From the NCBI GenBank assembly GCA_035353335.1, contig DAOPZJ010000003.1, positions 4,157-68,156 on the forward strand: 64,000 bases of DNA, written 5' to 3'. This document shows positions 46,544 to 56,524 of the stretch, one piece after another (position 1 is the first letter of the stretch; every line of letters starts with the position of its first letter). A model generated the notes under the pieces. It was not told where the DNA came from, ran no database searches, and saw nothing but the letters and a program-made list of their open reading frames with translations. The stretch comes from Oscillospiraceae bacterium. GTDB lineage: Bacteria; Bacillota; Clostridia; Oscillospirales; JAKOTC01. Position numbers and translations under genes: made by a program.

Positions 46544-47152
46544 ATGCGCAAAGACGCTGCCGATAAACTCAACGACGGCATCCGGGAACGGCAGGGCATT
46601 GCCCCCGGCGGCATCATCGACTTCGAGGGCATCCAAATTTTAATCTGCTATCTGCTCAAAAACATTCCCGAACCGCTCACCAAGACACAGCTCGACGAGA
46701 TTCTGCCGGGCAGTGAGCTGGTAAACTACTTTGACTATTCCCAGGCGCTTGACCTGCTTCAGAAAAACGGAAACGTCACCCGCGCAGAAGACGGAAGTTT
46801 TTCGATCACCCCGCGCGGCGCAAAGAGCTGCGATATTTTACAGGATTCGCTGCCGGTCTCGATCCGCGACCGGATTCTGGGGCGCGGCATGCGCGTGGTG
46901 CACAAGACCGATATGCTCGCCGAGAATGAATTCTCAATCGAGACAGTCGGTGACAACGTCTGTCTCGTCTGCAATATTAAAGACCGCGGCGGCCTGCTGA
47001 TGTCGGTACACGCGGCAGTCGGCAGCGGCGAACTGGCGGCTTCGCTCGGCCGCCAATTTCTCAAGAACCCCGAATTGCTTTACAACGCGGTCTTCGCGGT
47101 TCTCTCCGCCGACCACGGCCAGCTTTCGGCGTTGGCTGAGAAAATGAAATAA
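46544..47152 (+). CDS. DUF4364-family protein (putative winged-helix regulator)
   Basis: 202 aa. ILICYLLKNIPEPLTKTQLDEIL...NYFDYSQALDLL matches my recollection of the family pattern. Confidence 0.65.
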   Translation: MRKDAADKLNDGIRERQGIAPGGIIDFEGIQILICYLLKNIPEPLTKTQLDEILPGSELVNYFDYSQALDLLQKNGNVTRAEDGSFSITPRGAKSCDILQDSLPVSIRDRILGRGMRVVHKTDMLAENEFSIETVGDNVCLVCNIKDRGGLLMSVHAAVGSGELAASLGRQFLKNPELLYNAVFAVLSADHGQLSALAEKMK

Positions 47153-47196
47153 TTCCTCTTTACGGAGGGGTGCCCCCGTAGGGGGCGGGGTGGTCT
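47153..47196 (+). repeat. G-rich two-hairpin 3'-UTR element, copy 2 (family B)
   Basis: TTCCTCTTTACGGAGGGGTGCCCCCGTAGGGGGCGGGGTGGTCT, starting right after the stop codon. Confidence 0.6.
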
Positions 47197-47204
47197 AATC
47201 AAAA

Positions 47205-47232
47205 TAAAAGCGCCTTTACGGGCGCTTTTTTA
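47205..47232. terminator. bidirectional rho-independent terminator
   Basis: AAAAGCGCC-TTTAC-GGGCGCTTTTTT, with an A-run and a T-run on either side. It sits between convergent genes. Confidence 0.85.
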
Positions 47233-47253
47233 TATCTTAAATCTCCGTGTATG

Positions 47254-47288
47254 TCACTGTTCACTGTTAACTGTAAACTGTTAACTTA
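47254..47288. repeat. tandem heptamer array (5 x TMACTGT-like)
   Basis: TCACTGT TCACTGT TAACTGT AAACTGT TAACTTA. Contains two GTTAAC sites. It lies between the terminator and the mrdA stop. Confidence 0.7.
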
Positions 47289-47307
47289 TAATAAAACATT
47301 GCGTTTT

Positions 47308-49335
47308 TCACTTCACCAATTGTCCCACATCGGCCGCCGCCTCGGTACCCTCGGGGAAGAAATAAGCATCGAAAATGGCCTTGGCCACATTGGCGGCCTC
47401 GCCGCCATGCCAGCCATGTTCAACCACAATGGCGACTGCGATCTGCGGGTTATCGTAAGGTGCAAAGGCGAGGAACACCGCGTTCGGGGAACCGCTTGCG
47501 ACTTCGGCGGAACCGGTTTTGCCGCCGACTTTGATCTTATAATCTCCGAAAACACCGGCGCCCGTACCATCGAGGGTCACGCTCAGCATGCCTTGTCTGA
47601 CATAATTGATATTTTTAGGGTCCAGTTCCACCGTCCCTGCCACTATCGGCTCGTCAGCCAACAGCGTCCGGGTTCCGTCTTTGGAGACCACTTGTTTGAC
47701 GATACGCGGCTGATAACGGATGCCGCCGGTGCAGATGGTCGCGATGTAGTTGGCCAATTGAAGCGGCGTAAACAGGTTGTCGCTCTGTCCGATGGCGGCC
47801 TGCAGTGTATCGCCGGGCACCCATTTCTGGCCGATGGAAGAGCGGTAAGTGACGCCCGCTACGATGCCGGCGCTCTCGGGGAGGCCGATGCCGGTCTTCT
47901 CGCCGAGCCCGAACGATTTGGCATAATTCTCGATGACCTGAATCGTGGTCCTGCGGCCCACTTCAAAGAAATAAAAGTTGCAGGAAACCGCGAGCGCATG
48001 TTCCAGCGAAATCCACCCGTGTGTCCCCAGGCATTTGGGCTGATAATCTTCGTAGTAGGTGTAAATATGGGTGCAGTCGATCTGGGTGCCCGGCGTGATG
48101 GTGCCGGTCTCAAGCGCCGCAAGCGACACCAGCGGCTTGTAGGTCGAGCCGGGCGGATAAACGCCCTGAAAGGCGCGGTTAAAAAGCGGCTGATTAACCG
48201 TATTCAAAACCGCATCATAATCTTTGAGCAGGTCATTGATGCTGTAGGTCGGATAGTTGGCCGCAGCCAACACATCTCCGGTGCCGATCTCGATCACGAC
48301 CGCAGCACCCGCGTCGGCGTCGGCGCCCTGATTGTCGCCGTAATTCCCCTTTTCGGCAATCTTCTTGATGGTCTCAGCCAGCGAGTCCTGCGCCGCCTTC
48401 TGCAGATTACTGTCGATGGTCAGGACCACGGTTGCCCCGGGAATGGGGGCCCTGGCTTTTGTCACTGCCGTCTCCGGGTCGTCGGAGTTGGTGACGGTTG
48501 TTCCGTTCGTTCCTCGCAGATAGCTCTCCGTCATTTTCTCCACGCCGCTCTTTCCGACCTGGTCGTCGAGTGAATAACCCTGTGTTTTAAGCTCACTGTA
48601 TTCCTCGGCATAGATCGGGCCGGTATAGCCGATGACATGGGCGGCGATATCGGGCATGTAATAAGTGCGTTCGGGTACCGCGGCGATATAAATTCCCGGC
48701 AATAATTCATTCTGCTCCTTGACTGCCGTAATCGTCGCCATCGAAACATTTTTCGCAATCGAAATCTGCTTATAAGAGGAAAACCCGCCGATCTCCATCT
48801 CATAACGAACACCCATGACCGTGCGCGCATCGGCTGCGGAGAGTCCGGTCAGATCATATCGCCCGGCCAGCGCGTCAAAACAGTTCTGCGCCGTGGCGTA
48901 GGGCTGTTTGTTTAAAAATTCCTTTAATTTGGCGACATCGTCGTCCCGGTCGGGCATAAACTGCGGATTCGCAAAATCCCCGTTCAGGGGCAAGCTCTCG
49001 GAAAGTATTTCGTTGTTGTCCGCAAGGAGTTTACAAAGCCGAAGAATGACTTCGATGCGCTTTTCTCCGTCGCTGCCCGACGGAAAACTCCCGCGCCGGA
49101 TGATTACCGAATAGCTCATGCTGTTTCCGGCGATGATCCTGCCGTAACGGTCGGTGATCTCGCCGCGCGCGGCTTCGACGCTGATGGTTTTTTCCTCGCT
49201 CTGTTTGGCTTGCGCCGCGATGACGTCGGTCTCGATGATCTGGAACTGCGCAAACCGCCCCGCAAGGACCGCGAAAAGCACCACCGTGACGGTGATGATC
49301 GCGATCATGCGTATGTTTGCGGTTTTTTTGCCCAT
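47308..49335 (-). CDS. mrdA: penicillin-binding protein 2 (elongasome transpeptidase)
   Basis: N-terminal TM helix, plus SxxK (STYKP), SxN (SCN) and KTG (KTGS). Confidence 0.93.
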   Translation of the reverse strand: MGKKTANIRMIAIITVTVVLFAVLAGRFAQFQIIETDVIAAQAKQSEEKTISVEAARGEITDRYGRIIAGNSMSYSVIIRRGSFPSGSDGEKRIEVILRLCKLLADNNEILSESLPLNGDFANPQFMPDRDDDVAKLKEFLNKQPYATAQNCFDALAGRYDLTGLSAADARTVMGVRYEMEIGGFSSYKQISIAKNVSMATITAVKEQNELLPGIYIAAVPERTYYMPDIAAHVIGYTGPIYAEEYSELKTQGYSLDDQVGKSGVEKMTESYLRGTNGTTVTNSDDPETAVTKARAPIPGATVVLTIDSNLQKAAQDSLAETIKKIAEKGNYGDNQGADADAGAAVVIEIGTGDVLAAANYPTYSINDLLKDYDAVLNTVNQPLFNRAFQGVYPPGSTYKPLVSLAALETGTITPGTQIDCTHIYTYYEDYQPKCLGTHGWISLEHALAVSCNFYFFEVGRRTTIQVIENYAKSFGLGEKTGIGLPESAGIVAGVTYRSSIGQKWVPGDTLQAAIGQSDNLFTPLQLANYIATICTGGIRYQPRIVKQVVSKDGTRTLLADEPIVAGTVELDPKNINYVRQGMLSVTLDGTGAGVFGDYKIKVGGKTGSAEVASGSPNAVFLAFAPYDNPQIAVAIVVEHGWHGGEAANVAKAIFDAYFFPEGTEAAADVGQLVK

Positions 49336-49451
49336 ATAGAAACCTCATCCCGATCCGGATGTTTTATCCGGTTCTGCAAAGCTGAATTTGTGCCCTTCTG
49401 CCGACACGAAAAGAATAAAAACCCCGTCCGGGAGATAAAATACTTCCCGAT

Positions 49452-49976
49452 TTAATCGCTCAGCCGGTCATAACGGGTTTTGATCCAGACGACCAGCCAA
49501 TAAAGCGGTGCGATAAACAAAACAGTGTATAAAATTGAGGGGAGAGTGCGCGACCAAAGCGAAAACGCGGTTCTGTCGATTCCGGCAAGCCAAACAAACA
49601 GCACCCATTCGAAAAATTTGATTAAAACTGTTGCTGCGGTCCCCAATAAAAGCGCGGTCGCAAGATTGTTTCGCATTACGGTTCGAATCAGAACACCGGT
49701 AAAAAAACAAAAAATGACCATCGCGAGCGGAAAATATCCGGCCGTTCCCATATGGATGATATCGAAAAAAATTCCGCACCCGAGTCCGAAATAGGCGCCT
49801 TTGAACGGCCCTTCGCAGATAGCGGCCAACAGCGCCCAAACGAGCAGAAAATTCGGCCTTGCGCCGTATATCGCGGGCAAAAACCCCGCGCTTTGAATCA
49901 AAAAGAACAAAAATCCGAGTCCGCAGTACCAGAGCCACTTGAATAATCCGGTGCGCGTCGAAAACCCCTGTTCCAT
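49452..49976 (-). CDS. mreD: rod shape-determining protein MreD
   Basis: 174 aa polytopic membrane protein directly after mreC. Confidence 0.85.
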   Translation of the reverse strand: MEQGFSTRTGLFKWLWYCGLGFLFFLIQSAGFLPAIYGARPNFLLVWALLAAICEGPFKGAYFGLGCGIFFDIIHMGTAGYFPLAMVIFCFFTGVLIRTVMRNNLATALLLGTAATVLIKFFEWVLFVWLAGIDRTAFSLWSRTLPSILYTVLFIAPLYWLVVWIKTRYDRLSD

Positions 49977-49981
49977 CGCAA

Positions 49982-50911
49982 TTACCTCGAAGCCGTGCCG
50001 GAGGAGGTTTGTCCCGGAGACGTTTGTCCGGAGACCGGATTTTGTGAGGCTGTTACGGAGGAATTCGTCGGCCCGGCTTCGGGATTGAAGCCGACGACGA
50101 CAAGAACGTCCTTCAGTTTCGAAAAATCGGCCGACGGCGTCAATACTGCATCCATGGCAAGCCCCTGATCGTCCGCGACGACCCGCTGCACGACTCCCGC
50201 GACAAAACCCTGCGGAAAGATACCGCCGAGTCCGGAGGTTACAACGATATTGCCGACCGCAATCAAACTGCCTTTCGGTAAGTACGCGAGCTTAAACAAC
50301 CCCTGCGCTGCGAGTGCGCTGTCGCCGGTCAGAACGCCGAAATCGCCTGAGACGATGTCGTATCCGCCGATATTGCAATCGGGTGAGAGCAGGGTGGTAA
50401 CCTTGCTGTGGTTATAGGAGACCTCGCTGACATACCCGACGACGCCCGCCGTCGTGACGACGGCGTCTTTTTCCTTGATGCCGTCTTTGCTGCCTTTATT
50501 GATGGTAAACGTCCCGTAATATTCTCCGCCGTCGCCGCTGATGACGGTTGCGCCGGTCATCTTCAACTCCGGCCGCTGTTCGGTGATGCCCACGATCTGT
50601 CGCAGTTGATCGTTTTCACGCTTCAGTTCATCATAATCGGCAAGCTGCTGCTGCAATTGCGCAACCTGCGCTTTTAATGCCTCGTTTTCTGCCGCGGTTG
50701 CGGTTTTATCGGAGAAATAGACGCCGAGTCCGGAGAATCCGCCTTTGAGTGCCGAGGCGAAACTTTGAAACGGAGATGTCAGGTTTCCGAGCCAGTCGGA
50801 CGGCAAAGGAAGATTGCGGCCGCTCGCGGCGCTCCCGATCAAAAGACCGGCAATCACCACGACGATCGCAACCAGAATTTTAAACGCTCTTCCCTTGAAA
50901 AACTCCTTCAT
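49982..50911 (-). CDS. mreC: rod shape-determining protein MreC
   Basis: TM helix, a coiled-coil (ENEALKAQVAQLQQQLADYDELKREND) and beta-barrel domains. Confidence 0.92.
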   Translation of the reverse strand: MKEFFKGRAFKILVAIVVVIAGLLIGSAASGRNLPLPSDWLGNLTSPFQSFASALKGGFSGLGVYFSDKTATAAENEALKAQVAQLQQQLADYDELKRENDQLRQIVGITEQRPELKMTGATVISGDGGEYYGTFTINKGSKDGIKEKDAVVTTAGVVGYVSEVSYNHSKVTTLLSPDCNIGGYDIVSGDFGVLTGDSALAAQGLFKLAYLPKGSLIAVGNIVVTSGLGGIFPQGFVAGVVQRVVADDQGLAMDAVLTPSADFSKLKDVLVVVGFNPEAGPTNSSVTASQNPVSGQTSPGQTSSGTASR

Positions 50912-50944
50912 CCTCGGCTCTCCAATCCGGCTGGGACAGGTCGT

Positions 50945-51955
50945 TTAACGCAGCCGCGAACTGCGGGTGTCGGAAATATGCTCGTAATATTCCAGCGCTT
51001 TCCCCGCGCCCTCCGCCACACAGTCGAGCGGGTGCTCTGCGATATGAACCGGAATTCCGGTGTCCATGTTGATAAACTTGTCGATGCCGCGCAGCAAAGC
51101 GCCGCCCCCGGTCAGCATCATGCCGCTGTCGATGATGTCCGAAGCGAGTTCCGGCGGGGTGACTTCAAGGGTCGACCGGATCGTCTCGAGGACGGCAGCC
51201 AGCGGTTCGGAAAGCGCCTCGCGCACTTCCACCGCGGTGATCGTAATATTCTTGGGCAGCCCGTCCAACAGGTTGCGCCCTTTGATATCCATGCTTCCGC
51301 TCTCCTCTACCGGAAATGCGGAGCCGATTTTGATCTTGATGTCTTCGGCGGTACGCTCACCGATCAGAAGGTTGTATTTTTTCTTGATATACGACACGAT
51401 CGCGTCATCGAACGCGTCTCCTGCGATCCGGACCGATTTGGCGGTGACGATGCCGTTCAGGGAGATCACGGCAACCTCGGTCGTGCCGCCGCCGATGTCG
51501 ACAACCATGCTTCCGACCGGCTCGTCGATGGGAAGGCCTGCTCCGATAGCAGCTGCCATCGGCTCTTCGATGACCTTGGCTTCTTTTGCGCCCGCCTTCA
51601 GCGTCGCTTCATGCACACTGCGCCATTCGACCTCGGTCACGCCGGAAGGTACGCAGACCATCACGCGCGGACGGCTCCAGAAACCGCTGCCCGAGACTGC
51701 GCGGATAAAGTGCTGAAGCATGCTCGCGGTCACGTCGAAGTCCGCGATGACGCCGCCCTTGAGCGGGCGGATCGCCTCGATGGAGCCGGGCGTTCTTCCG
51801 ATCATCTCTTTTGCCGCGGTACCGACTGCTTTCACCTCATCGGTGCGCACGTCGAGCGCGATGACCGACGGCTCACGCAGCACGATTCCCTTGCCCCGGA
51901 CGTGTACCAGCGTGTTTGCGGTGCCGAGATCGATGCCGATATCCTTTGTAAACAT
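50945..51955 (-). CDS. mreB: rod shape-determining protein MreB
   Basis: Motifs [21 protein letters not shown] and MLTGGGALL. Confidence 0.96.
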   Translation of the reverse strand: MFTKDIGIDLGTANTLVHVRGKGIVLREPSVIALDVRTDEVKAVGTAAKEMIGRTPGSIEAIRPLKGGVIADFDVTASMLQHFIRAVSGSGFWSRPRVMVCVPSGVTEVEWRSVHEATLKAGAKEAKVIEEPMAAAIGAGLPIDEPVGSMVVDIGGGTTEVAVISLNGIVTAKSVRIAGDAFDDAIVSYIKKKYNLLIGERTAEDIKIKIGSAFPVEESGSMDIKGRNLLDGLPKNITITAVEVREALSEPLAAVLETIRSTLEVTPPELASDIIDSGMMLTGGGALLRGIDKFINMDTGIPVHIAEHPLDCVAEGAGKALEYYEHISDTRSSRLR

Positions 51956-52008
51956 TGTTTTCTCTCCCTTTATTGATCAAAAAATCGGAAATAGAATATT
52001 CCTGATAT

Positions 52009-52038
52009 ATTATAGTACATTCGACTTGTTTTAACAAG
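52009..52038 (-). promoter_or_regulatory. sigma-A-type promoter for mreBCD-mrdA
   Basis: On the minus strand: TTGTTA (52037-52032), 17 nt, TATAAT (52014-52009). The palindrome CTTGTT-TT-AACAAG (52025-52038) overlaps the -35. Confidence 0.6.
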
Positions 52039-52071
52039 AGTTTTGCCCGGTGCCTGCATACTGAACCCGGG

Positions 52072-53181
52072 TTAATTCTGACTGACTTTCATTTTCAAAT
52101 ACGCGGTGATGAATCCGTCGAGCTCGCCGTCCATGACCGCGTTGATGTTGCCCATCTCGAAATCGGTGCGGTGATCTTTGACCATCGTGTAGGGCATGAA
52201 GACGTAGGAGCGGATCTGGCTGCCCCAGGCGATTTCCTTCTGAACCCCCTTGATGTCGGCGATGTTTTCAAGGTGCTGTTTTTCTGCGATGTCCACGAGC
52301 TTGGAACGCAGCATTTTCATGGCCGTGTCGCGGTTTTGGTATTGACTGCGTTCGGTCTGGCAGGAGACGACGATTCCGGTCGGAATGTGGGTGATGCGAA
52401 TCGCCGACTCGGTTTTGTTGACGTGCTGACCGCCCGCGCCGCTGCTTCGGTAGGTATCGACCTTTAAGTCCTCGTCTCGAATTTCCACGTCGAGATCATC
52501 CGAAATTTCGGGCACAACCTCAATCGCTGCGAAGGAAGTATGTCTTCTTCCGGAGGCGTCAAACGGCGAGCAGCGTACCAGCCGGTGCACGCCGGATTCG
52601 GACTTGAGATATCCGAATACGTTTTCGCCGGTGATCAGAATCGAGGCGCTCTTGATTCCGGCTTCTTCTCCGTCCTGATAATCGAGAATCTGATATTTAT
52701 AACCGTGCCGCTCGGTCCAGCGGGTGTACATGCGGTAGAGCATCTGCGCCCAGTCGTTGGACTCGGTGCCGCCCGCGCCGGGGTGGAAGGTCAGAATCGC
52801 GTTGCTGTTGTCGTATTTACCCGAGAGAAGCAGCGTGAGTTTTTTCTCTTCCAATTTCTTTTCATACGCCTCGACAGCGGCCTTGACCTCATCGAGCATA
52901 GACAGATCCTCGGTCTCATTGCAGATCTGCGCCAGCGCGACGCAGTCTTCGTAATCGTTTTTGAGCTTGTCACAGGAAGCAAGTTTTGATTTTATCCCGC
53001 CGATTTTTTTCATCAGTACCTGAAGACCGGCGACATCGCTCCAGTATTTTTCGTCATGAGTCTGCTGTTCCAATTCGGCCAGTTCCGCCTTGAGCTTTTC
53101 ATAACGGACCGCTTCAAGGTATTCGGTCAATTCCGGCTTTTTGTTTCGTAACAGAAGTAAAATTTCTTCATATTGCAGCAT
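52072..53181 (-). CDS. prfB: peptide chain release factor 2, encoded without programmed frameshift
   Basis: ATG 53181 after AAAGGA gives MLQYEEI. SPF and GGQ motifs are present. The frame is continuous, and CTT GAA GCG stands where CTT TGA C is usual. The track start 53262 coincides with the predicted TSS. Confidence 0.93.
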   Translation of the reverse strand: MLQYEEILLLLRNKKPELTEYLEAVRYEKLKAELAELEQQTHDEKYWSDVAGLQVLMKKIGGIKSKLASCDKLKNDYEDCVALAQICNETEDLSMLDEVKAAVEAYEKKLEEKKLTLLLSGKYDNSNAILTFHPGAGGTESNDWAQMLYRMYTRWTERHGYKYQILDYQDGEEAGIKSASILITGENVFGYLKSESGVHRLVRCSPFDASGRRHTSFAAIEVVPEISDDLDVEIRDEDLKVDTYRSSGAGGQHVNKTESAIRITHIPTGIVVSCQTERSQYQNRDTAMKMLRSKLVDIAEKQHLENIADIKGVQKEIAWGSQIRSYVFMPYTMVKDHRTDFEMGNINAVMDGELDGFITAYLKMKVSQN

Positions 53182-53287
53182 TTGTTTCAATCCTTTCGGT
53201 ATTGCGATTTCTATTTTTGTTGTTTTAAATATTGTTTCTGCGTGCGTTTTTGTCTCATTCATGTTAAATATTATACCGCTTTGCCTC

Positions 53288-53317
53288 TGGACATCCGCTT
53301 ATCGCCCATGATATAAT
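53288..53317 (+). promoter_or_regulatory. promoter with extended -10
   Basis: TGGACA, 18 nt, TATAAT, with TGA immediately preceding the -10. Confidence 0.5.
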
Positions 53318-53341
53318 GAAGGCAATTAAGGGGGCATCATC

Positions 53342-53929
53342 ATGGAAAAGGGCCGTTTTTTCGCACTTTTATCCCGTATGAAATACATCGGCCGCTGGGG
53401 TCTGATGCGAGGAACGCGAACCGAAAACCTCTGCGAGCACTCGCTTGAGACCGTGTACATCGCTCACGCGCTGGCCGAGATTCATAATACGCTGGGCGAA
53501 AATCCGGTTGACGTGAAAAAAGCGGTGCTGTACGCCGCCTACCACGATGCGCAGGAAGTCTTTACGGGCGATCTTCCGACGCCGGTGAAATACCGAAATC
53601 CCGAAATCCGCAGCGCTTATAAAGCGGTGGAGCATGCGGCGTCCGAACGGCTTCTCAATTCGCTTCCCGACGACCTCCGGTCTTCCTACGAGCCGTTTTT
53701 GCACCCGGACCCAAGCTGTTTAGAGTGGAAACTCGTCAAAGCGGCGGACAAGCTCTCAGGCCTGATCAAATGCCGCGAGGAACTCTCTTTCGGCAACCGC
53801 GAATTTGCTGCCGCGGAGAAGGCGCAGCTTGCGGCGATCAAGGAATTAAACTTGCCGGCAGCGGAGCTCTTCGTGAAAAAATACCTGTCGTTTTACGCCG
53901 AATCGCTCGACGATCTGCTCGAGACCTGA
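53342..53929 (+). CDS. HD-domain 5'-deoxynucleotidase (YfbR-like)
   Basis: Motifs RWGLMRGTRTENLCEHS and HDAQEVFTGDLPTP. Confidence 0.88.
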   Translation: MEKGRFFALLSRMKYIGRWGLMRGTRTENLCEHSLETVYIAHALAEIHNTLGENPVDVKKAVLYAAYHDAQEVFTGDLPTPVKYRNPEIRSAYKAVEHAASERLLNSLPDDLRSSYEPFLHPDPSCLEWKLVKAADKLSGLIKCREELSFGNREFAAAEKAQLAAIKELNLPAAELFVKKYLSFYAESLDDLLET

Positions 53930-53956
53930 ATTCAAAACCGTTTCAAGACATGCCTC

Positions 53957-53985
53957 GAGGGCTGATGGTCTCCATCAGCCCTCGT
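53957..53985. terminator. 13-bp stem-loop between convergent genes
   Basis: CGAGGGCTGATGG-TCT-CCATCAGCCCTCG. There is no strong T-run. Confidence 0.6.
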
Positions 53986-53997
53986 GAATTTCTGTCG

Positions 53998-55857
53998 TCA
54001 GAGTCCCGGCTCGGGTGCGGGATTGCCGAACATGGCGCGGAATTCGTCGCCGGAGATCTTCTCGTCAATTAACAGCCGTTCGGCCACACGGTTGAGAACA
54101 TCTGTATGCTCGGACAAAATTTCTTTCGCACGGTTGTAGCAGCGGTTGATAATGCCGTGAATCTCCTCGTCGATCTGAGCCGCAATGGCTTCGGAGACGT
54201 TTTGGGTATGGGTGAAGTCTCGGCCCAAAAACACCTCTTCGCCGGAATCGAAACAGACCGTGCCGAGTTTTTCCGAGAAGCCGTATTTGGTGACCATGTC
54301 CCGGGCGATATGCGTCGCGCGCTGAATATCGTTCGATGCGCCGGTTGAGATGTCGTCGAGCATCAGTGCTTCTGCCACACGGCCGCCGAGCAGTGATGTC
54401 ACATCGTCGGTCATCTCGCTTTTGGTGAGTTGGCTCTTGTCTTCTGCCGGAAGATAGGAGGTATATCCGCCCGCCATCCCGCGAGGGATGATTGAAATTT
54501 CATGCACGGGGTCTTGGTTAGGCAGGAAATAGCTGACGATGGCGTGACCGCCCTCGTGATAAGCCGTCAGTTTGCGGTCCTTTTCGGTGACTTTGCGGCT
54601 GCGTTTTTCGGGGCCCATCATTACCTTGTTCTTGGCATCTTCGATGTCGTCGTTGGTGATGGCCTTGTGCTTTCTGCGGGCAGCCAGCAGCGCCGACTCG
54701 TTCAGGATGTTTTCAAGATCGGCGGGCGAGAACCCGACAGTGGTCTTTGCGATATTTTCGAGGTTGACGTCGGCCGCAAGGGGTTTGTTTTTGGCATGAA
54801 CTTTTAAAACCGCTTCTCTGCCCACGACGTCGGGCATATTGATCACGATCTGCCGGTCAAAACGACCTGCGCGCAGCAGTGCCGGGTCCAAAACATCCGG
54901 ACGGTTGGTTGCCGCGATAATCACAACGCCCTCGTTGATGCCGAAGCCGTCCATCTCGACGAGAATTTGGTTGAGTGTCTGTTCGCGTTCGTCATGGCCG
55001 CCGCCGAGACCTGCGCCCCTGCGTCTGCCGACCGCGTCGATCTCATCGATAAAAATAATGCAAGGAAGGTTTTTCTTGGCCTGCTCGAACAGGTCGCGCA
55101 CACGCGACGCGCCCATACCGACATACATCTCGACGAAGTCGGAGCCGGATACCGCGAAGAACTGAACCCCCGCTTCACCCGCGACAGCTCTTGCAAGCAG
55201 CGTTTTACCGGTGCCCGGAGGCCCGACGAGCAAAACGCCCTTTGGCACTCTTGCGCCGAGCGCGGTATACTGGCCGGGGTTTTTGAGGAATTCGACCACC
55301 TCGGTCAGTTCCTCTTTTTCCTCGTCCGCGCCCGCAACGTCGTCGAAAGTGACCTTGCGTTTTTCGTCGGACGCTGTCTTATATCTGGCCTTGCCGAAAT
55401 TGGCGATTTTCCGTCCGTCGCCGCCCTGTTGGCGCATCATGAAATAATAAAATGCGAACATCGCACCGATGAGCAGGACATACGGAATCATCGAGACCCA
55501 CCACGCGGTTTGAGCCGCCGGCGTATAGTCGAACAAAACCGGGTTTTTCGCGCCCTCGGTGGTTGCGTTGTATTCGATGGCATCGGCTCGGTACTGCGCC
55601 GTGTCTTCCAAAAACAGCGTGATGCTCGGGACCTTGTAGGTAATCGGTTCCTTGGGTTTGTCTTTCAGGGTGACGACCAATTCGCCGGTTCCGAAGTCCA
55701 GCGTGTGTGAGGCGACCTGATCGTTCTGAAAATAATTGAGTATCTGTGAATAAGTGGTCTTCTCCTGATTGCCGAGTCCGTTGACCATCCATGAAATCAT
55801 CAGAAGAATCCCGAGGCAGACGGCTCCGTAAAGGAAAATCCGTTTGAATTTGGTCAT
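53998..55857 (-). CDS. ftsH: ATP-dependent zinc metalloprotease FtsH
   Basis: Two TM helices, Walker [12 protein letters not shown] and the zinc site HEGGHA. Start taken as ATG 55857. Confidence 0.96.
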   Translation of the reverse strand: MTKFKRIFLYGAVCLGILLMISWMVNGLGNQEKTTYSQILNYFQNDQVASHTLDFGTGELVVTLKDKPKEPITYKVPSITLFLEDTAQYRADAIEYNATTEGAKNPVLFDYTPAAQTAWWVSMIPYVLLIGAMFAFYYFMMRQQGGDGRKIANFGKARYKTASDEKRKVTFDDVAGADEEKEELTEVVEFLKNPGQYTALGARVPKGVLLVGPPGTGKTLLARAVAGEAGVQFFAVSGSDFVEMYVGMGASRVRDLFEQAKKNLPCIIFIDEIDAVGRRRGAGLGGGHDEREQTLNQILVEMDGFGINEGVVIIAATNRPDVLDPALLRAGRFDRQIVINMPDVVGREAVLKVHAKNKPLAADVNLENIAKTTVGFSPADLENILNESALLAARRKHKAITNDDIEDAKNKVMMGPEKRSRKVTEKDRKLTAYHEGGHAIVSYFLPNQDPVHEISIIPRGMAGGYTSYLPAEDKSQLTKSEMTDDVTSLLGGRVAEALMLDDISTGASNDIQRATHIARDMVTKYGFSEKLGTVCFDSGEEVFLGRDFTHTQNVSEAIAAQIDEEIHGIINRCYNRAKEILSEHTDVLNRVAERLLIDEKISGDEFRAMFGNPAPEPGL

Positions 55858-55959
55858 TGTCTGTTCCGTGCCTTTCCGGCAGTGCCGAATCAATAAATTG
55901 CAACACTTGCGGTTACACCGTAAGATAGTATGTCTCCGGGAAGCGGTCTCTATCAGAGA

Positions 55960-56499
55960 TTATTTTTCGTAAACCGAGGGCTTCAAAATCCCGATGTAGG
56001 GCAGATTGCGGTATTTTTCATCATAATCGAGCCCGTAACCGACGACGAATTCGTCCGGAACGGTGAAGCCGACATAATCTGCCTTGATGTCGGCCTGTCT
56101 GCGCTCGGGTTTATCGAGCAGCGCGCAGATTTTAATGGTCTTTGGCCCGCGCAGCGCGAGGGTCTTTTTGAGATAGGAGAGGGTCATTCCGCTGTCTAAA
56201 ATATCCTCGATGATCAGCAGGTCGAAATTTTTAAGCTCGAGGTTCAGATCTTTGATGATCTTGACGACACCGGAGGTCTTCACCCCGGAGCCGTAGCTGG
56301 ACACGCACATAAAATCGATGGAGCAGGGGATGTCGATATTGCGCATCAGATCGGCCATGAACACGACCGCGCCTTTGAGCACGCTGACAAGCAGCAGATT
56401 TTTTCCGCGGTATTCCTCGCTGATCTGAGCGCCCAGTTCGGCGACCCGTTTCGCAATTTGTTCCTCGCTGAGGAGAATGTTTTTAATGTCGTTTTTCAA
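55960..56499 (-). CDS. hpt: hypoxanthine phosphoribosyltransferase
   Basis: TTG 56499 lies 8 nt after AAGGAG; the track start 56601 overlaps tilS. PRPP motif LLIIEDILDSGMT. Confidence 0.93.
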   Translation of the reverse strand: MKNDIKNILLSEEQIAKRVAELGAQISEEYRGKNLLLVSVLKGAVVFMADLMRNIDIPCSIDFMCVSSYGSGVKTSGVVKIIKDLNLELKNFDLLIIEDILDSGMTLSYLKKTLALRGPKTIKICALLDKPERRQADIKADYVGFTVPDEFVVGYGLDYDEKYRNLPYIGILKPSVYEK

Positions 56500-56524
56500 A
56501 AGGCCTGTCTCCTTTTTGAAGAAT

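Noticed and set aside
47266-47305. dif (XerCD) site at a convergent gene junction. A similar idea was considered at 13449-13480.
   Set aside because: Only a half-site-like TGTAAACT / ATGTAAGTTAAAT resemblance exists. The AT-rich central region and the second arm do not match the dif sequences I recall, and gene orientation switches several times in the window, so a terminus cannot be inferred.
47251-48573. 440-aa + strand ORF in the track.
   Set aside because: It lies entirely antisense to the well-supported PBP2 gene (SxxK/SxN/KTG motifs). The product is Arg/Gly/His-rich low-complexity, typical of shadow ORFs in GC-rich DNA, and it starts inside the heptamer repeat.
50765-51976. 403-aa + strand ORF.
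   Set aside because: It is antisense to mreB and mreC, has an Arg/Asp/His-rich composition with no motifs, and is a shadow ORF.
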